Part shown: positions 1-8,763 of the stretch, in pieces
Numbering within the stretch: the first letter of the stretch is position 1
Layout: each line of letters starts with the position of its first letter
The notes under the pieces: model-generated
Databases searched by the model: none
What the model was told of the DNA's origin: nothing
What the model saw: only the letters and a program-made list of their open reading frames with translations
IMG/VR virus record: IMGVR_UViG_2690316131_000017
Direction: 5' to 3' (one strand)
Length of the DNA: 16,159 nt
Source: a virus
Taxonomy: Duplodnaviria; Heunggongvirae; Uroviricota; Caudoviricetes
Translations under genes and position numbers: made by a program

Positions 1-1461
1 ATGAAAAAATTACTGCGTCTTTTTTTCCCGCTCTCACTGCGGGTACGTTTTCTGTTGGCAACGGCTGCGGTAGTACTGGTGCTTTCGCTTGCCTACGGAA
101 TGGTCGCGCTGATCGGTTATAGCGTCAGTTTCGATAAAACTACGTTTCGGCTGTTACGTGGCGAGAGCAATCTGTTCTATACCCTTGCGAAGTGGGAAAA
201 CAATAAGTTGCATGTCGAGTTACCCGAAAATATCGACAAGCAAAGCCCCACCATGACGCTAATTTATGATGAGAACGGGCAGCTTTTATGGGCGCAACGT
301 GACGTGCCCTGGCTGATGAAGATGATCCAGCCTGACTGGCTGAAATCGAATGGTTTTCATGAAATTGAAGCGGATGTTAACGATACCAGCCTCTTGCTGA
401 GTGGAGATCATTCGATACAGCAACAGTTGCAGGAAGTGCGGGAAGATGATGACGACGCGGAGATGACCCACTCGGTGGCAGTAAACGTCTACCCGGCAAC
501 ATCGCGGATGCCAAAATTAACCATTGTGGTGGTGGATACCATTCCGGTGGAGCTAAAAAGTTCCTATATGGTCTGGAGCTGGTTTATCTATGTGCTCTCA
601 GCCAATCTGCTGTTAGTGATCCCGCTGCTGTGGGTCGCCGCCTGGTGGAGTTTACGCCCCATCGAAGCCCTGGCAAAAGAAGTCCGCGAACTGGAAGAAC
701 ATAACCGCGAATTGCTCAATCCAGCCACAACGCGAGAACTGACCAGTCTGGTACGAAACCTGAACCGATTGTTAAAAAGTGAACGCGAACGTTACGACAA
801 ATACCGTACGACGCTCACCGACCTGACCCATAGTCTGAAAACGCCACTGGCGGTGCTGCAAAGTACGCTGCGTTCTCTGCGTAGTGAAAAGATGAGCGTC
901 AGTGATGCTGAGCCGGTAATGCTGGAGCAAATCAGCCGCATTTCACAGCAAATTGGCTACTACCTGCATCGTGCCAGTATGCGCGGCGGGACATTGCTCA
1001 GCCGCGAGCTGCATCCGGTCGCCCCACTGCTGGACAATCTCACCTCAGCGCTGAACAAAGTGTATCAACGCAAAGGGGTCAATATCTCTCTCGATATTTC
1101 GCCAGAGATCAGCTTTGTCGGTGAGCAGAACGATTTTGTCGAGGTGATGGGCAACGTGCTGGATAATGCCTGTAAATATTGCCTCGAGTTTGTCGAAATT
1201 TCTGCAAGGCAAACCGACGAGCATCTCTATATTGTGGTCGAGGATGATGGCCCCGGTATTCCATTAAGCAAGCGAGAGGTCATTTTCGACCGTGGTCAAC
1301 GGGTTGATACTTTACGCCCTGGGCAAGGTGTAGGGCTGGCGGTAGCCCGCGAAATCACCGAGCAATATGAGGGTAAAATCGTCGCCGGAGAGAGCATGCT
1401 GGGCGGTGCGCGGATGGAGGTGATTTTTGGTCGCCAGCATTCTGCGCCGAAAGATGAATAA
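1..1461 (+). CDS. phoQ: sensor histidine kinase PhoQ (complete, 486 aa)
   Basis: ATG at 1-3, TAA at 1459-1461. Translation shows two TM segments flanking a periplasmic domain with an acidic patch (EDDDDAEM), an H-box ([11 protein letters not shown]) and HATPase boxes (DNACKY, DDGPGI, GQGVGL). Length and sequence match my recollection of E. coli PhoQ. Confidence 0.96.
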   Translation: MKKLLRLFFPLSLRVRFLLATAAVVLVLSLAYGMVALIGYSVSFDKTTFRLLRGESNLFYTLAKWENNKLHVELPENIDKQSPTMTLIYDENGQLLWAQRDVPWLMKMIQPDWLKSNGFHEIEADVNDTSLLLSGDHSIQQQLQEVREDDDDAEMTHSVAVNVYPATSRMPKLTIVVVDTIPVELKSSYMVWSWFIYVLSANLLLVIPLLWVAAWWSLRPIEALAKEVRELEEHNRELLNPATTRELTSLVRNLNRLLKSERERYDKYRTTLTDLTHSLKTPLAVLQSTLRSLRSEKMSVSDAEPVMLEQISRISQQIGYYLHRASMRGGTLLSRELHPVAPLLDNLTSALNKVYQRKGVNISLDISPEISFVGEQNDFVEVMGNVLDNACKYCLEFVEISARQTDEHLYIVVEDDGPGIPLSKREVIFDRGQRVDTLRPGQGVGLAVAREITEQYEGKIVAGESMLGGARMEVIFGRQHSAPKDE

Positions 1462-1476
1462 ATATGCCCTTTTATC

Positions 1477-1566
1477 ACTACACCAGGTCAAGCCATTGAT
1501 TTAATTAAATAATTATCATTGAAAAAGTGCCAAAAATCGCAAATTGACTACACCATTAACTACACC
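1477..1566. repeat. three direct copies of ACTACACC (1477-1484, 1547-1554, 1559-1566)
   Basis: Read directly from sequence. Lies in the AT-rich junction between the phoQ stop and the first island gene; candidate recombination or arm-type site. Confidence 0.4.
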
Positions 1567-1582
1567 GTTCGGTGCACTGTAT

Positions 1583-1608
1583 GAAACAACGTGGAACAAA
1601 TAGACACA
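1583..1608 (+). promoter_or_regulatory. copy A of the AACAACGTGGAACAA motif (1585-1599) with a degenerate third AACAA box
   Basis: The 15-mer is identical to the one at 8980-8994 and one mismatch from the one at 14848-14862 (opposite strand). Confidence 0.45.
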
Positions 1609-1977
1609 AGAAATATACAGGCGGGTAATCTTTCCAGGGGGAAGCGCACCAATTCATGAGGGGCGTTAATGTCGATATGGGGATCCCCATAACGGGGCTA
1701 CCGGATTTTTTTCCGGTTAACATTTAATCAGGCTGGTGGGTTTTACATACCCTTGATCACCGTAATGATGATCCAGATGTGCACCTTTTCCACCAATGGC
1801 GGAAAAGCTCCAACCGTAACGATGATCGCTATGGTTGCCTCGATGGTCTGCGTGGTCATTATGACCATTCAGCCAGTGACCTTAATCAGAATTTTTCGCT
1901 AAAAAATGACGTTGGCCACGTCATCCTGATAGCACAAAATCACGTCGATTTTTAATGAACGGTTAAACCGTCTTTTT

Positions 1978-2012
1978 GTCACGGTGTGTCACTGGTTGTC
2001 ACTCTCCGTCAC
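1978..2012 (+). repeat. four GTCAC boxes at exactly 10-bp spacing (1978, 1988, 1998, 2008)
   Basis: Seen in sequence: gtcacggtgt gtcactggtt gtcactctcc gtcac. Helical phasing suggests cooperative protein binding, possibly integrase arm-type sites. Confidence 0.4.
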
Positions 2013-2126
2013 GATTGAGGTGGTGGTCATTCTGCCCGACCGCGCATTTTTGCGCTATCGGGAATATAAAACAGTTACCGCCGTCAGCTACCCAGCTCAG
2101 AATTGAGCCGCCTTTTAATCAACAAG

Positions 2127-2408
2127 TTACCGCCGTAACCGCTCCGGCTTCTTCCAGTGGTACGTGATTTTCTCCTTCTCCCGATACAGTTCAACGCGGC
2201 GATTGTAGGCCAGCATTTCCAGAACGCGGATCCGTATGTCGCGCATATCCGCATCATTAAGCTGGATACCATCACGGCGCATCACCTCAGCAACAACACG
2301 CGCATAATTTTCGGCTGTCACGCTGTCCGGCTGCGTGGTCTGTTCGTCAGCCTGCTGGCTGATTCCAGAGACGCGGCGGATTAATCGCAGTATTTCGGCT
2401 TCTGTCAT
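2127..2408 (-). CDS. hypothetical protein (93 aa), last gene of the island
   Basis: ATG at 2408 with a GAGG Shine-Dalgarno 6-9 nt upstream; sits 14 bp downstream of the TerL stop. No family recognised. Confidence 0.55.
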   Translation of the reverse strand: MTEAEILRLIRRVSGISQQADEQTTQPDSVTAENYARVVAEVMRRDGIQLNDADMRDIRIRVLEMLAYNRRVELYREKEKITYHWKKPERLRR

Positions 2409-2421
2409 GCTGCTGACCTCA

Positions 2422-4083
2422 TTACACCCCGCTAAATTCTTCCAGTTTCTGGCGGTGGCTGTCGCTTATATCAAAAGCAAAATCCTCATGCTCTGCCTGG
2501 AATGTACCAAACGCCATCAGCGCCGCCACGCTCGGGTCTATCTTGTTCGGTGATTTTTTCTTGTTCGGCTTGATATTGGCGTTCGCGTCACTCTGCATCA
2601 CGACGTTACTCATCGACCAGGACAACACCGGATCGCCACGATGCACAATCACCCTGCGGTTAACAAAAACTTCGAACGATTTCGCCGCCGGACTGAATCT
2701 GAGGTAGGTTTGCGGGAACGGCTCCACCTCAAAGCCTGCCCCCTGTAATTGCGTCCTGAGATGCGTGGCGTTCCACGTATCAAAGCCCACCAGCCTGATA
2801 TTAAATTTCTCCGCATCCTGCATGATGTCATCTCTGATCCGGTCGTAATCAATGCAGTCACCTGGCGTTGTGCGTATCCAGCCCGCTTTAGCCCACTGGC
2901 GATAGACAGCGCGGTTTTTATTGGCGGGGTTCTGTAGCTGGAACTCCGGCAGATAATGACGGGAAACCAGCATGATATTTTTACCGACCGGAAAGGCATA
3001 GCACACGCTGGAAATATCGCTGGTTGATGATAAGTCCAGCCCCGCGTAACACTCCTGCCCGTGTAAATCTTCCTCCGTGAACGTTCCGGCACACTCAGCC
3101 CATGCGCCGTTACCCATCCACGGGGTAGCCCCCTGGCACCAGATATTAAATCGCTTTGTCATCATCTCCACCCATTGCGACGGAATACCCCGCGCTTTCT
3201 GGATGGTTGAGGCCAGTTTTTCACGATCCACGGAAACATCGATGTTAGGGTTAGCCTTTATCCACATCGCCGGATCATCAACCTCGTTTTCGTCGTCCAG
3301 TTCGTAAATCAGTACAAAAATTGAATCGTTGACCTCTTCGCCGTCCAGGATCTGGCAGCAATAATCATAGTGCTGCTTACAGGCTGAAACGACGTTACTG
3401 CCCGATGTGGTAATGGCAAATAACAGCCCTTCGGGACGTGCGCCCATCCCCAGCTCAAGCGCGGAATAAACGCCGTTATCGGGGTGTAGGTGGTATTCGT
3501 CCACGATGGAAAGGCTTGGGTTTGTGCCCTCGATGGTTGCCGCTTTTGCTGCCAGCGGCTTTAACAGGCTGTTGCTTTTCGGGTGCATCACCTTGTGGGC
3601 CTGAATATTCACCCGCCTGCGTAACGGTCGGGATAAAAGGCACATCTGACGCGCATCATCAAAAACGATCCGCGCCTGGTCACGGCTCACCGCTGCGGTG
3701 TAAATATCCTGCTGCCCGTTCTCCATAATCAGAAACCAGTTAGCCAGAATCGCGGCGGTCGTGGATTTCGCATTTTTGCGCGGCACTTCGATAAAGGCGC
3801 TCGTGTATTTGCGCCGTCCGGTGGCCTTAACCTTAAAGCCGAGGATGCACGCAAAGGCGAACTGCTGCCACGGCTCCAGCTCAATGGGTCTGCCACGCAT
3901 CGGCCCTTTTACGTGCGGGCACACCCTGGAAAAGGCAATAAACCGCTCCACAACCTCACGATCGAACGTGTAAAGGGGGCTTTCAAGGTCCGAAAAGTAC
4001 CGTTTAACGGCCTGTTTCAGCCGTTTACAGGCCGGAATTTTGCCCGTTTTTACGTCTTCTGCGTACTTATTCCAGGCGGTCAA
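2422..4083 (-). CDS. terminase large subunit (HK97-type)
   Basis: 553 aa with an N-terminal ATPase P-loop-like segment (PRKNAKST) and a C-terminal nuclease-type region with acidic residues. The ORF-track start at 4083 is TTG with a GAGGA Shine-Dalgarno, overlapping the TerS 3' end by 17 nt. Confidence 0.88.
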   Translation of the reverse strand: MTAWNKYAEDVKTGKIPACKRLKQAVKRYFSDLESPLYTFDREVVERFIAFSRVCPHVKGPMRGRPIELEPWQQFAFACILGFKVKATGRRKYTSAFIEVPRKNAKSTTAAILANWFLIMENGQQDIYTAAVSRDQARIVFDDARQMCLLSRPLRRRVNIQAHKVMHPKSNSLLKPLAAKAATIEGTNPSLSIVDEYHLHPDNGVYSALELGMGARPEGLLFAITTSGSNVVSACKQHYDYCCQILDGEEVNDSIFVLIYELDDENEVDDPAMWIKANPNIDVSVDREKLASTIQKARGIPSQWVEMMTKRFNIWCQGATPWMGNGAWAECAGTFTEEDLHGQECYAGLDLSSTSDISSVCYAFPVGKNIMLVSRHYLPEFQLQNPANKNRAVYRQWAKAGWIRTTPGDCIDYDRIRDDIMQDAEKFNIRLVGFDTWNATHLRTQLQGAGFEVEPFPQTYLRFSPAAKSFEVFVNRRVIVHRGDPVLSWSMSNVVMQSDANANIKPNKKKSPNKIDPSVAALMAFGTFQAEHEDFAFDISDSHRQKLEEFSGV

Positions 4084-4423
4084 GCTCGTCCTCTTCTTCT
4101 GTTTCCGGTGGATTTTTACGGCGGCTTATCGGGTCAAAACCGAGCAAAGAGGCCATTTTTATCATCACTCTTTCAGCGTCGGATTTTGCGCTTAATGCGG
4201 GGTTTCTGCTCTCACCGCCCTGACTGTTAACAATGCTGAACCCGCGCGCCGCAAGGTCTGCAACGGCTTTCCGGTAAATGGAGTAGTTGACACAATACAG
4301 TTCCAGATTGCTCCAGTCGGCGGGGGTCAGGTCTCCCCGTTCCGCAAGCTGCCTAGATTTTTCCCGCCACTGCTTCACGGCGATATCATCCAGGTAGGCG
4401 GGGGCTTTCGGTGGTCTTGACAT
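4067..4423 (-). CDS. terminase small subunit, P27 family
   Basis: 118 aa; the pattern (LTPADWSNLELYCVNYSIYRKAVADL ... NPALSAKSDAERVMIKMASLLGFDPISRRK) is typical of P27-type TerS; acidic C-terminus. ATG at 4423. Confidence 0.85.
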   Translation of the reverse strand: MSRPPKAPAYLDDIAVKQWREKSRQLAERGDLTPADWSNLELYCVNYSIYRKAVADLAARGFSIVNSQGGESRNPALSAKSDAERVMIKMASLLGFDPISRRKNPPETEEEDELDRLE

Positions 4424-4546
4424 GCTTATTTTTTCGCCAGATTATTTTTCAAAAAATTCCCGTGCATAAAAATTTGAGGAGGCGTTCGGTGCCCGGCGGA
4501 GTCGGGTTTGTCCTGAAAACGCCCCCCACCCCGTCATACAGCCTCA
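4424..4546. other. candidate cos/packaging-site region upstream of TerS
   Basis: 123-bp non-coding gap between the HNH-side small ORF and TerS, containing a G/C-rich tract (aaaacgccccccaccccgtc). In HNH plus P27-TerS cos phages the cos site usually lies near terS. Position is inferred only. Confidence 0.3.
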
Positions 4547-4729
4547 TCAGCGATTGCGAAAACATTCCATAACCTCGCGGTCACGGTCGGTTAATCGCTT
4601 CGCTGTGATGCGTTCTGCGCGTCCTGACGCTTTATCTTTATGCCCTGTTTCCTGTGTCTTCCATGCGTCACGCTGCCTTATAAGTCCACGGATAAGGCGG
4701 TTTTGTTCCCGCTCATTCATCAGCGTCAT
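4547..4729 (-). CDS. small basic hypothetical protein (60 aa)
   Basis: ATG at 4727-4729 inside the longer track ORF 4547-4951, overlapping the HNH 3' end. Basic composition. Uncertain. Confidence 0.35.
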   Translation of the reverse strand: MTLMNEREQNRLIRGLIRQRDAWKTQETGHKDKASGRAERITAKRLTDRDREVMECFRNR

Positions 4730-5153
4730 ACATCCAGTTATTGCGGTTAGCGGCCCGTTCTTCCTCTGCACGAAATCCACCTGCGGCACGCTTGCTTTTT
4801 GTTGCCGGATCAAGCCATTTCGTTTTCTGGTTATGACACGCCTGGCACAATGGTTGATGGTTCCATTCGGGCCAGAAGAGAACATCATCACCGCCATTAA
4901 TCGGGATAATGTGATCCACCACCACGGCGGGCGTATATATCCCCTTCTCAAGGCATCGCACGCATAACGGGTTTTTACTCAGATACATGGCGCGGTATTT
5001 GTCCCACTGTCTGGAATATCCACGCGCGCGGCGGTGTCCTCGTCTGGCATCCTCTGCACGCCATGCCGCCCGCCTGTGCTCCTCACACTTGCCGGATTTA
5101 ACGCGCCTGTTACAGCCTGGTTCTGTGCATCGTCTTAATGGTTGCCACGGCAT
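4713..5153 (-). CDS. HNH endonuclease (terminase-associated)
   Basis: 146 aa with Cys-rich Zn-binding segments and an HNH core (DHIIPINGG ... NHQPLCQACHNQKT). ATG at 5153 overlaps the connector stop (ATGA). Confidence 0.85.
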   Translation of the reverse strand: MPWQPLRRCTEPGCNRRVKSGKCEEHRRAAWRAEDARRGHRRARGYSRQWDKYRAMYLSKNPLCVRCLEKGIYTPAVVVDHIIPINGGDDVLFWPEWNHQPLCQACHNQKTKWLDPATKSKRAAGGFRAEEERAANRNNWMYDADE

Positions 5154-5449
5154 CAGTACACCCCCACATCACGGTAAGCCGTCCAGAGTGCGCCAATCGT
5201 CATGGGTACGCGTGTTTTTGCGTTATCCGCGACAATCTGGCGATTCTCATACAGGTGAGCGATAAACATCATGCAGCCAATCTTTATGGCTGGCGTGAAC
5301 TCCAGCCCGTCATCAAAGCGCCTGCCTATGTGTATCTGGCACGCCTCAAGCGATGCGGCAATGTATCCGCTGATTAACTGGTCTTCCTCGTCTCCATCGA
5401 TACGGCAATGGAGTTTCACTTCTTCCAGGGTGATAAGTTCTTCTGTCAT
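5153..5449 (-). CDS. gp6-like head-tail connector protein
   Basis: 98 aa; N-terminal pattern (ITLEEVKLHCRIDGDEEDQLISGYIAASLEACQ) is typical of the gp6-like connector family. ATGA overlap with the upstream gene. Confidence 0.78.
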   Translation of the reverse strand: MTEELITLEEVKLHCRIDGDEEDQLISGYIAASLEACQIHIGRRFDDGLEFTPAIKIGCMMFIAHLYENRQIVADNAKTRVPMTIGALWTAYRDVGVY

Positions 5450-5784
5450 TTTTCCGCGCCCTCACGACAAAGAATTTCAAGGCGTGTCCTGGCGACATCC
5501 GGCAACGGCTGCCCGATGATATTCAGTACACGCCCCGCCAGCGGCCCCGTACTGACCTTTATCCGGCTGGTGGCGTTGATGTCCTTCCGGTACCGTATCC
5601 AGATCCTTACGGTACCAATCGCCAGCTCTGCGCCCGATGAAATGGCCTCCTTGCTGCTGATCATGTTCACGCTTGCCCAGAGTGTGTGACCGTCCTCCCA
5701 CGTTTCGAGTATTTCGCCCGTCATGGCTCTGGTCTGTTTCAGGGTCTGAATCGTTATCCTGTCACGCAGTCGCCCTATGTTCAT
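5446..5784 (-). CDS. phage head closure / head-tail adaptor protein
   Basis: Pattern RITIQ ... WASV ... IRYR ... ATSRI is typical of head-tail joining proteins. I prefer the ATG at 5784 (ATGA overlap with the portal stop) to the track start at 5826. Confidence 0.75.
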   Translation of the reverse strand: MNIGRLRDRITIQTLKQTRAMTGEILETWEDGHTLWASVNMISSKEAISSGAELAIGTVRIWIRYRKDINATSRIKVSTGPLAGRVLNIIGQPLPDVARTRLEILCREGAEK

Positions 5785-6992
5785 TCCGTTTTTTCTCCCT
5801 CGCTGATTTTTACTTCCTGTTTCCATGCCTGGCTGAACTCATCACCACCATCACGCGGTGACAGTCCTTCACGTTCGCGGGCTTCGTTCGGGCACATAAC
5901 GCCGGATTTGATGCCGCGCTCATAGGTGGCAAAGCGTTCGCCAGGTGTGGCCCGTAACAGGTCCGCGCTGTCAAACTCCACCTGATACCGGATACCAGGT
6001 ACAGGCGAGGCCACCAGCAGGGCGTTTTTTATCTGCTGCTCAAAGTTCGCCAGCCACGGGCGCATCGTCATGGTGAGAAATGCGCGGCTTGCCTCGCTGA
6101 AATTGCTGTAGGTGCTGTTGCTGTATTCCTGCAAAAAAATCGGCGAGACGTTGAACATTCGGGCGATGTCTTCAATGGTAAAGCGACGGGAGGCCAGCCA
6201 TTCAGCATCCTGATTACTCATGCCCAGCTGCTGATAGCTCATACCCCCTTCAAGGATGGGCGTTTTTCCGGCGTTTCTGGCCCCTTTGTAGCGTTCCAGT
6301 GCGGCTAATGCCTGTTTGCCCTTCACGCCGTCCAGCCATTCGCCTGACGTGATAACCCCTGCCGCCATCATGCCATCACGCATCACGCTCGCGCCGTGGC
6401 GTTGTTGGGCCAGCCCAAGCCCCAGCGATTCGCGGCAGATGGTTACAGGTGAGCGCCCCATAAAGCCGTCATCCGTGGAGTAACGAAGGTGAAGTACTTC
6501 CCACGGTAAATAGTTGTGGGTGTTTCCGGTGTAGGCGTCAGTGATGCAATAGCGCCAGTTGTGTTCTCCTGTCTGCTCCACGTTCACCGACTGCGGCGGG
6601 TAAGGATGTAAAGCCGCCGGAAAACCATCACGCCCCCACTGAATAACCGCATAAGCATTACCGTTTAACAGGCAGTGGCGGATCATCATTCGCTTAAACT
6701 AGTAGGGGGTTTGCCATGCGTTCGGGCGCTCGTTGAAGATGTGATCGACCGGATGAGAATCAAGCCACTCGCGGGCCTCCTTCCCCTTCTCATTGCGTAC
6801 CAGGTACAGGTAGCATGGCATAGTAGCCACCGCCTCAGAGATGACCGTAACGGCGTTCATGACGGCAGGCAGTGATTCCGCTGTCCCCGATGATACGTAC
6901 TCACCCGCCCCCGTGTTCGATGTGCCGGCCAGCGCCATAAATTCATCAAGCGTCATGCTGCGCTGCTCTTTTTTTCTTCTGAAAGGCCACAT
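5781..6992 (-). pseudogene. HK97-family portal protein interrupted by one in-frame TAG (codon 98, plus coordinates 6699-6701)
   Basis: Track ORFs 6699-6992 (97 aa, portal N-terminus AVMNAVTVISEAVATMPCYLY) and 5781-6689 (302 aa, portal core with FTIEDIARMFNVSP) are in the same frame, separated only by TAG and three sense codons. Combined length ~403 codons is portal-sized. Confidence 0.8.
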
Positions 6993-6993
6993 A

Positions 6994-7566
6994 TCACACC
7001 CCCGCTAAATCCGCCCACCAGCGGCGATTATCCGCACGCGGCATTTTTTCGGGGTGCTGCTCATACAGGGAACGGCGGGCCAGCTCCACGCCGGAATCGG
7101 GGTAAGCCGGTACCGATGTAACGGTAATTTCGTACAGTTCCGCCACCAGCACGGTGCGCACGCATGGATCTGTTGTGGTATCCCATACATCCTTACGGGA
7201 GCGAAAGCCAAAGCTCATGCCGGATATATCACCACGTTTAACCAGTTCGATAACGTCGCGCCCTGTACTGGTATCCGGTGGGGTCAGTTCAAAGCGTAAC
7301 CCTGTTTCATCCTCTTCCAGTTTCAGCGTGCCGGAACGGGTGCGCCCCAGTAACATACTGTGGTCATGCTCATACAGGCCGCGAACGTCATTACCCGCCG
7401 CAAGCCATTCAGTAAACGCCCCCCGCTGGAATTTTTCGTAAAACTCACCCCATAACAGTTCTGAAAGCTTATCCCAGCGAACAACGTAGCCTGTAAGCGT
7501 GTTGCTGCCGCTGGTGGTGATTTCCGATGACCGGATTTCCATACTCTTCATAATTTTTTCACCCAT
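6994..7566 (-). CDS. HK97-family prohead protease (S78-type)
   Basis: 190 aa; the pattern (GYVVRWDKLSE ... GAFTEWL ... HDHSMLLGRT ... GMSFGF ... SVPAYPDSGVE) matches the prohead protease family. Stop is 1 nt before the portal ATG. Confidence 0.85.
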   Translation of the reverse strand: MGEKIMKSMEIRSSEITTSGSNTLTGYVVRWDKLSELLWGEFYEKFQRGAFTEWLAAGNDVRGLYEHDHSMLLGRTRSGTLKLEEDETGLRFELTPPDTSTGRDVIELVKRGDISGMSFGFRSRKDVWDTTTDPCVRTVLVAELYEITVTSVPAYPDSGVELARRSLYEQHPEKMPRADNRRWWADLAGV

Positions 7567-7575
7567 AAAACACTA

Positions 7576-7595
7576 AAGGGGCTTTTAAGCCCCTT
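7576..7595 (-). terminator. stem-loop between the capsid and protease genes (AAGGGGCTT..AAGCCCCTT), candidate partial terminator
   Basis: 9-bp inverted repeat in the 39-bp capsid-protease gap, followed on the minus-strand RNA by a U-rich stretch (UAGUGUUUU). Confidence 0.4.
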
Positions 7596-7605
7596 CTGTA
7601 TGCTG

Positions 7606-8763
7606 TTAATCGTCGTCCTGTGGCAGTTCCAGAATCTTGATCGCGTTCGAATCCACCACGCCACCGCCTAAATATTTCTGCGTGAAAATTTTGATGAAGC
7701 CCGGCTCTGTGAGGTTGTCCGGTCTGGTGCGAACACCTGTTTCGTGATCAACAATGTAGTAACCGCGTTTGAAGTCACCCAGGGCAATAACGTTATCAGG
7801 CATAAACTCCAGATATTCGACCGGAAGGCCCAGCAACGTATCAGGATCACCCGCCTGTAAACGGTCACGCCAGATGTAATCACCGTTCGCGTTCTTCACC
7901 TTCTGGAGTTTTGCCGCCGTCGTGGAGTTAACCACCCAGACCGCGTTTTTGCGGTATTTTTTACGTAATGCAAATTTCAGGTCGATCAGCGGGTCCGCAG
8001 ATGTCCACGCCAGAGATTCGGAAGGTTTAATTACCTGCAACGTACCAAAATCACGCTCTTTGTCGTTCTTCTCTGCACGGGGTACGGATAAAAAGCCTTT
8101 TGCTTTTTTGTCACCGTCGCCCACAACCAGATCGCTTTCTTCGGTTTCCGTGAAGGTGTCGCCAATCTCGCCCGTCAGCCATGAAAGGATGTCCACATCG
8201 GAAAAATCCACGATTTCCTGTGTGGTGCGCGGGTACGCATAGACCGGATACAGCTTAATGCTCACCTCGTTAATCTGCGGGGTGCTGGTCTGTTCGCGTG
8301 CCTTACCCTCTTCACCGTGGTTAACGGTCGCACCGCCAGCGGAAACAAGCTGCTTAAACTCGTTGCTGCTGATTTTCTTCACGGTACAGATGCGGCGCAT
8401 GGTGGATTCATCCGCCAGCATTCGCATGATTTCGGTGTTCAGTTCGGGGATAACGGTATAACCACCATCAGCGGGAACGCCTGTACTTAATGCGCGGGTT
8501 TCACCCGTCAGAATGTAGTTTCGTAGTTCTGCGGGGTCAGTGGTCTGACTGCTTTTACCTGGCTTGCTGCGCTCTTCGTCTGCAATGGCTTCAAGGCGGG
8601 AAATGTCTTTATCGAGGGATTCAGCTTTAGCGCGTAATTCGTCAAATTTTGCGCCCTCAGCATCGTTAAGACTGCGGTTTTCTTTTTCAGCGTTCTCCAG
8701 CATGTCGCGCATCTGATTTTTAATGGCGGTTTTCTGCTGGCGTAATTCGATTATTCTCGGCAT
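7606..8763 (-). CDS. major capsid protein, HK97 fold, with N-terminal coiled-coil delta (scaffold) domain
   Basis: N-terminal ~100 aa is heptad-rich and charged, followed by an HK97-like capsid body. No separate scaffold gene. First ATG at 8763; the track ORF extends to a TTG at 8808. Confidence 0.85.
   Translation of the reverse strand: MPRIIELRQQKTAIKNQMRDMLENAEKENRSLNDAEGAKFDELRAKAESLDKDISRLEAIADEERSKPGKSSQTTDPAELRNYILTGETRALSTGVPADGGYTVIPELNTEIMRMLADESTMRRICTVKKISSNEFKQLVSAGGATVNHGEEGKAREQTSTPQINEVSIKLYPVYAYPRTTQEIVDFSDVDILSWLTGEIGDTFTETEESDLVVGDGDKKAKGFLSVPRAEKNDKERDFGTLQVIKPSESLAWTSADPLIDLKFALRKKYRKNAVWVVNSTTAAKLQKVKNANGDYIWRDRLQAGDPDTLLGLPVEYLEFMPDNVIALGDFKRGYYIVDHETGVRTRPDNLTEPGFIKIFTQKYLGGGVVDSNAIKILELPQDDD

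Noticed and set aside
286-1478. Minus-strand ORFs 286-471 and 1296-1478 within phoQ
   Set aside because: Antisense shadow ORFs inside a confidently identified core gene.
1976-2167. Plus-strand ORF 1976-2167
   Set aside because: It spans the phased GTCAC array and overlaps the 3' end of the minus-strand terminal gene; more likely repeat DNA than coding.
2649-4230. Multiple 60-150 aa ORFs on both strands inside the TerL/TerS region (e.g. 2649-3092, 2749-2937, 3077-3307, 3438-3728, 3761-3973, 3913-4230)
   Set aside because: They lie fully inside or antisense to the well-supported terminase genes and have no independent signals.
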